From contig OY776562.1 in the NCBI GenBank assembly GCA_963675785.1, positions 416,001 through 480,000 of the forward strand: DNA of 64,000 nt. Reading direction: 5' to 3'. Shown in pieces: positions 59,254-64,000 of this stretch. The notes beneath the pieces are model-generated. The model had not been told where the DNA came from and searched no databases. It worked only from the letters and a program-made list of their open reading frames with translations. A program made the translations under genes and the position numbers. Source of the DNA: Anaerolineae bacterium. GTDB taxonomy: Bacteria; Chloroflexota; Anaerolineae; UBA1429. The stretch's first letter is position 1. Each line of letters begins with the position of its first letter.

Positions 59254-60663
59254 ATGGCCAAGTGTAGTATGGGGCTAATAGGTCTGGCCGTTATGGGCCA
59301 GAACCTGGTGCTTAACTTTGAACGTAACGGTGAGTCTATGGCAGTTTATAACCGTACCGCTGCCCGCACCGAAGAATTCATGGCCAACAAGGCCCAGGGC
59401 AAGAACATCACTGCCTGCTATTCACTGCAGGAACTGGTGGATGCTCTCGCTAGCCCGCGCAAGATCATGCTCATGGTCCAGGCTGGCGACCCCGTCGATC
59501 AGACCATTGCGGCGCTTAGGCCGCTCCTGGACAAGGGCGATCTGATCATTGATGGCGGCAACTCGTTCTTCAAAGACACCGAGCGTCGCGCTGTCGATCT
59601 CGAAAAGGATGGCATTCGCTACTTTGGCACCGGTGTCTCCGGTGGCGAAGAGGGAGCCCTTTGGGGCCCGGCCATGATGCCCGGCGGCCAAAAGGATGCC
59701 TGGGATATGGTCAAGAGCACCTTTGAGGCTGCCTCGGCCAAGGCCGAAGGCGAGGCTTGCGTGGCTTATCTGGGTCCGCGCGGCGCTGGCCACTATGTAA
59801 AAATGGTGCACAACGGCATTGAGTATGGCGATATGCAGCTCATCGCTGAGGCCTATGATGCCCTGCATCGTCTGTTGGGCCTCTCTGCCGCCGAGCTTCA
59901 CGAGGTCTTTGCCGATTGGTATGAGGGCGAACTCAACAGCTACCTCATCGAAATCACCCGCGACATCTTTGCCAAAGTGGACGACGAGACCGGCCTGCCG
60001 CTGGTTGATGTCATTCTTGACGAGGCCAAGCAAAAGGGTACCGGTAAGTGGACTTCGCAGAGCGCTTTGGATCTGGGTGCTCCGACCCAGACCATCAATG
60101 CTGCTGTCGAATCCCGCATCATCTCGGCCTACAAGGACGAGCGCGTTGCCGCTTCCAAGGAGCTCACGGGCCCCGAGGTTGTTTACAATGGCGATCGCCA
60201 GGCCTTTATTGATGACGTTCGTGATGCACTCTATGCTGCCAAAATCTGCTCGTATGCCCAGGGCATGGCCTTGCTCAAGGCCGCTTCTGAAGAATATGAC
60301 TATGACCTCAACTATGGCGAGATCGCCAAGATTTGGCGTGGCGGCTGCATCATTCGCGCTCGCTTCTTGAACGACATCACCGCCGCTTATCAGCGCAATC
60401 CGGGCCTGGTCAATCTCATGCTCGATCCTTTCTTCAAGAAGGAAATCCTGGCACGGCAGGGCGCTTTGCGCCGCGTCGTGGTGGCCTGTGTGAATGCGGG
60501 CGTGCCTTGCTTGGCCTTTAGCGCCTCACTGTCCTACTTTGATGCCTACCGCACTGACCGTTTGCCTGCCAACCTGACCCAGGCGCAGCGTGACTACTTT
60601 GGTGCGCATACCTATCGCCGTACCGACAAGGACGGCGTCTTCCACACCGAGTGGATTGACTAG
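59254..60663 (+). CDS. gnd: 6-phosphogluconate dehydrogenase, decarboxylating (long, NADP-type)
   Basis: GLAVMG, YNRT, VSGGEEGA, KMVHNGIEY, QKGTGKWT, QAQRDYFGAH. Confidence 0.97.
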   Translation: MAKCSMGLIGLAVMGQNLVLNFERNGESMAVYNRTAARTEEFMANKAQGKNITACYSLQELVDALASPRKIMLMVQAGDPVDQTIAALRPLLDKGDLIIDGGNSFFKDTERRAVDLEKDGIRYFGTGVSGGEEGALWGPAMMPGGQKDAWDMVKSTFEAASAKAEGEACVAYLGPRGAGHYVKMVHNGIEYGDMQLIAEAYDALHRLLGLSAAELHEVFADWYEGELNSYLIEITRDIFAKVDDETGLPLVDVILDEAKQKGTGKWTSQSALDLGAPTQTINAAVESRIISAYKDERVAASKELTGPEVVYNGDRQAFIDDVRDALYAAKICSYAQGMALLKAASEEYDYDLNYGEIAKIWRGGCIIRARFLNDITAAYQRNPGLVNLMLDPFFKKEILARQGALRRVVVACVNAGVPCLAFSASLSYFDAYRTDRLPANLTQAQRDYFGAHTYRRTDKDGVFHTEWID

Positions 60664-60676
60664 TTTGAATCGTTTG

Positions 60677-60729
60677 GGCGCGGGCCTTGGATTTGCAAAA
60701 CTTGTTCTGCAAATCCAAGGGCCTGCGCC
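60677..60729. other. Intercistronic inverted repeat
   Basis: CCTTGGATTTGCA-N10-TGCAAATCCAAGG core, extended by GC pairs. Confidence 0.75.
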
Positions 60730-60748
60730 TGTCTCTGAGGAGCGAAGG

Positions 60749-62035
60749 ATGAGAAACAAAAACCTCGTCGTCGCACAATCTGGCGGTCCGACGCCAGTCA
60801 TCAATGCATCGTTGCGTGGTGTCATTGAGACTTGTCTCGATATGCCTGATGTGTTCGACAAAATCTATGCCGGTTACCACGGCATTGAGGGGGTACTCCG
60901 TGAAGAGTTGCTGGACCTTTCGGCCCAGTCTCGTGATGAGATCGCCCTGCTCAGTGTGACGCCGTCGGCGGGTTCTATTGGCTCTTGCCGTTACAAGCTC
61001 AAGGCTCATCAGACAGAGGATTTCAAGCGTGTTGTGGATGTGCTCAAGGCCCACAACGTTGGCTATTTCCTCTATAACGGCGGCAATGACTCGATGGACA
61101 CCGCCAACAAGATTTCCCAATTGGCCCACGAACAGGGCCTCGACTTGGTGGCGGTCGGTATTCCCAAGACCATCGACAATGACATTGGAGATAGCGAGTT
61201 CAAGCTCATCGACCACACGCCGGGTTACGGCTCTGTGGCGCGCTATTGGTCCGGTATGGTTCAGGGTGCCCTGGAAGAGAATCGTGGTTCCAGCCCTGCA
61301 GATCCCGTGCTGGTGTTGCAGGCTATGGGCCGTCTCATCGGTTACATCCCGGCGGCTGCCCGTCTGGCCGATCCTGATCGCCAGGAGCCTCTTCTCATCT
61401 ATACGGCTGAATCCGGCTTGACCGTTGAAGTGATCTATGAGCAGATCAACGATATGCTCAAGGCGCATGGCCATTGCGTGGTTGTGGTCAGCGAAGGCCT
61501 CAAGCTGGGCGAATTGGGCGAAGTGCGCGATTCATTCGGCCATGTCCAGTTCTCCTCCAGCAAGACGACTGTCGCCTCGCAGTTGGTCAACTATCTTAAC
61601 GAGCGTGGCTTGTGCGTTCCCGGTGCTGCTCGCGGCAATGTCTCGGGTACGCATCAGCGCCACGATATCGCCTATGCCTCTACAGTAGACCTCGCCGAGG
61701 CCTATGCTGTGGGCCAAAAGGCAGCCATATTGGCTGCTGAGGGCGAATCGGGCTATATGTCCACCATCTTGCGTGAGCCGGGGCCCATCTACTCGGTGCG
61801 CTATGACAAGGTGCCTTTGGAGTTGGTTGCCAACTCGGAGCGGACCTTCCCGCAAGAATGGCTGACGGAAGCTCGCAACGATGTGACGGACGATTTCTTG
61901 GCCTATGCTCGCCCGCTCGTCGGCGAGGACTGGCCGAGCGTGCCCCTGGTCGATGGCCGCATGCGCTTTACACGCTTTGAGCCTATCTATGCTGATCAGG
62001 TTCTGCCGGCCTACGAACCGCAGGAAAAGCGCTAG
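60749..62035 (+). CDS. pfp: PPi-dependent phosphofructokinase-family protein
   Basis: QSGGPTPVIN, GGNDS (Asp indicates PPi type), PKTIDND, MGR, VSEG. Confidence 0.85.
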   Translation: MRNKNLVVAQSGGPTPVINASLRGVIETCLDMPDVFDKIYAGYHGIEGVLREELLDLSAQSRDEIALLSVTPSAGSIGSCRYKLKAHQTEDFKRVVDVLKAHNVGYFLYNGGNDSMDTANKISQLAHEQGLDLVAVGIPKTIDNDIGDSEFKLIDHTPGYGSVARYWSGMVQGALEENRGSSPADPVLVLQAMGRLIGYIPAAARLADPDRQEPLLIYTAESGLTVEVIYEQINDMLKAHGHCVVVVSEGLKLGELGEVRDSFGHVQFSSSKTTVASQLVNYLNERGLCVPGAARGNVSGTHQRHDIAYASTVDLAEAYAVGQKAAILAAEGESGYMSTILREPGPIYSVRYDKVPLELVANSERTFPQEWLTEARNDVTDDFLAYARPLVGEDWPSVPLVDGRMRFTRFEPIYADQVLPAYEPQEKR

Positions 62036-62056
62036 TTCCCAGCGTTATGGATTACC

Positions 62057-62088
62057 AGGACACCGCACATGCGTGCGGTGTCCTTTTT
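62057..62088 (+). terminator. Intrinsic terminator
   Basis: AGGACACCGCAC-ATGC-GTGCGGTGTCCT-TTTT. Confidence 0.85.
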
Positions 62089-62147
62089 CATTTGCATTCT
62101 CCCACGTGGCGCATTAGCCTGTGCTCACCTTGGCAAAGGAGGGTAGG

Positions 62148-63407
62148 ATGTCTGCGATCTATGATCATGTCATGGCTCATCCACTGTTTTGCTATCACGA
62201 TCATCAAAAGAGCTTTACCGAGTTCGAGGCAGAGCGCTCTACTTATGATTATCGCTCATTGCTGGGTTATGCTGTTCATGATCTGGTGGCTGCCGCTGGC
62301 GGACGCTACGATGCCCAGAGCGTTTTGGAACATGTGCCCGAATTGTGGCCATATGTGGCCCATACCGGCTATGGCAGGGCAGTGCAGATGGCCACACGCG
62401 AAATACTTGATGTGGATTTCGATCCTGTCAATGGTGAGGCCTTGACCGAGGCATTGCAGGTTTATCTGGGGGAGCGCCCGCCCCAAGAGATTTATGAGGA
62501 TTTGATCACGAACAAGGCCGGCCACGCCTACACCATCAACGATGGCACCCTCTTTTGGGGGAGCCCTCCGGTGTTTACGTCCTTTGACTATTTGCCTGGC
62601 TTTTTCCACACTTTTCGTATGGATGGCTTACTGGCCATCAACTCAGACGGACCAATTTCCCGCCTGGAAGAATTGACCGGGCAGACCGTCGACAGTCTGG
62701 ATGCGCTTGGCAGGGCGCTCGGTGATTTTGTGGGCCGCTTTGACAACACAGGGCACCTGGCGGCGATCAAAATTGGTTTTGCCTATCACCGCAATATCAC
62801 AGTGGGTGAACCGCTGAGGTCGCAGGCAGAGGCAATTTTTACGCGCATCCGCCGAGGTGGCGAGCCCCTTACAGAGGCTGAGGCTCGCCCCTTGGCCGAT
62901 TACATGGTGCATACACTGCTCAAATGTGCCAATGATCTCAATCTGCCCGTGCAGATCCACACCGGTTTTCTCAGCGGCAGCTGGCAGCCGCTGGATGACT
63001 CACGTGCCATGTATTTGCTGCCCCTGTTCAACCGTTATCGCAACGTGCGCTTTGATGTCTTTCATGCTTCTTGGCCCTGGACGAGTGAATTGGCAGCAAT
63101 TGCCAAGAGCTATCCCAATGTGTGGGTGGATATGTGCTGGGCTTGGTCTATGAACCCCACTGACTGCGAGCACGCTTTTGCCGTTTATCTGGATGCGGTA
63201 CCACTCAACAAGATCTTTGCCTATGGCGCCGATACACGCTATCCCTGGTGCTGTGTTGGTTATGCCAGGCAGGCTCGTTTGGGTATTGCTCGCACGTTGG
63301 AGACGCAGATAAAAAGAGGCAGACTATCGCAGACCAGCGCGTGCGAAATCGCCTCTGCCATCATGCTGGAGAACGGCATACAGTTTTACAGATTAGCAAG
63401 ATCATAG
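62148..63407 (+). CDS. Amidohydrolase-superfamily protein (distant uronate-isomerase-like)
   Basis: HPLFCYHDH metal motif, VQIHTG, DMCW, YGAD, NG..FY. Confidence 0.75.
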   Translation: MSAIYDHVMAHPLFCYHDHQKSFTEFEAERSTYDYRSLLGYAVHDLVAAAGGRYDAQSVLEHVPELWPYVAHTGYGRAVQMATREILDVDFDPVNGEALTEALQVYLGERPPQEIYEDLITNKAGHAYTINDGTLFWGSPPVFTSFDYLPGFFHTFRMDGLLAINSDGPISRLEELTGQTVDSLDALGRALGDFVGRFDNTGHLAAIKIGFAYHRNITVGEPLRSQAEAIFTRIRRGGEPLTEAEARPLADYMVHTLLKCANDLNLPVQIHTGFLSGSWQPLDDSRAMYLLPLFNRYRNVRFDVFHASWPWTSELAAIAKSYPNVWVDMCWAWSMNPTDCEHAFAVYLDAVPLNKIFAYGADTRYPWCCVGYARQARLGIARTLETQIKRGRLSQTSACEIASAIMLENGIQFYRLARS

Positions 63408-63479
63408 ATACCCCGGGGTTGTATAACACTGATCCGCGTGGTATCCTTTCCTGTGAGATTCAAGTACAAAGGAAAAGAT

Positions 63480-64000
63480 ATGCCTGCAATCAAAATAAGA
63501 GAAAATGTATACTGGATCGGTGTGAACGACCGTACCACCGATCTTTTTGAGGGTGTCTGGCCCATTACCCAGGAAGGTGTTTCCTACAACAGCTACCTGG
63601 TTTTGGGCGAAAAAAAGGTCATGATTGACCTGGCCAAGAGCACGCACAGCAGTTCGCTGTTAGAGCAGATATCGGGCGTTATCGATCCGAGTGAGCTCGA
63701 TTATGTAGTTATCAACCATATGGAGCCTGACCATACCGGTGCACTCAAGCTTCTCAAACAAGTTGCCCCCCAGGTAGAAATAGTGGCAACAGCCAAGGCT
63801 GTGCCCATGATCGAGGCCTTTTGCGGCATCACCGAAGGTGTGCGGGTGGTGGGTAATGGTGATGAGCTTGATCTGGGCGATCGCAAACTGCGTTTTTATC
63901 CCATACCGTTTGTGCATTGGCCTGAAACCATGGTGACCTATGATGAGTCTTCGCGCATCCTGTTCACCTGCGATGCCTTTGGTGGCTATGGTGCGTTGCG
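63480..64000 (+). CDS. fprA: Flavodiiron protein FprA (A-type flavoprotein), partial
   Basis: Own translation: MPAIKIRENVYWIGVND...FEG.WP...GVSYNSYL...NHMEPDHTG...HWPETM...LFTCDAFG; runs off the window edge. Confidence 0.9.
   Translation, partial: MPAIKIRENVYWIGVNDRTTDLFEGVWPITQEGVSYNSYLVLGEKKVMIDLAKSTHSSSLLEQISGVIDPSELDYVVINHMEPDHTGALKLLKQVAPQVEIVATAKAVPMIEAFCGITEGVRVVGNGDELDLGDRKLRFYPIPFVHWPETMVTYDESSRILFTCDAFGGYGAL

Noticed and set aside
60590-60748. N-terminal extension of Pfp; likewise for frr, tsf, crcB, yjbQ, lacI and the MA peptidase
   Set aside because: Better SD-linked starts lie downstream, and the extensions run through neighbouring genes or RNA structures
53301-64000. Genomic island integrated at tRNA-Glu
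   Set aside because: No integrase and no duplicated tRNA 3' end seen in the window; the C-ending codon bias also occurs in the decarboxylase genes, so it more likely reflects expression level

Overview
Gene-dense (~55% GC by eye) bacterial core-genome window. Gene content (HisKA-7TM/HTH regulator, YP-rich lipoprotein, V/A-ATPase, TrmFO, ThyX, paralogous GyrA) suggests an anaerobic Chloroflexota (Anaerolineae-like) organism; this is inference only. In order it holds: a MoxR-DUF58-DUF4129 triad; fluC with a fluoride riboswitch; trmFO-M28-dapL-hflX; an AlbA_2/HATPase regulator behind a 20-bp tandem array; an atypical GyrA/ParC; a complete 9-gene V/A-type ATPase operon with a long structured leader; rpsB-tsf-pyrH-frr-uppS-cdsA; mutM; two orphan response regulators; prs and secA; a hybrid transcarboxylase/Na+-decarboxylase cluster; thyX and dCMP deaminase; a radical SAM pair; and tRNA-Glu. 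It ends with a LacI-regulated hexuronate cluster (uxaE, SDR, HAD, LarA-family epimerase, gnd, PPi-type Pfk, amidohydrolase). That cluster appears to route uronates to 6-phosphogluconate with no recognisable gluconate kinase or dehydratase, and is the best candidate for an undescribed pathway variant. No CRISPR array, transposase, integrase or prophage was seen.
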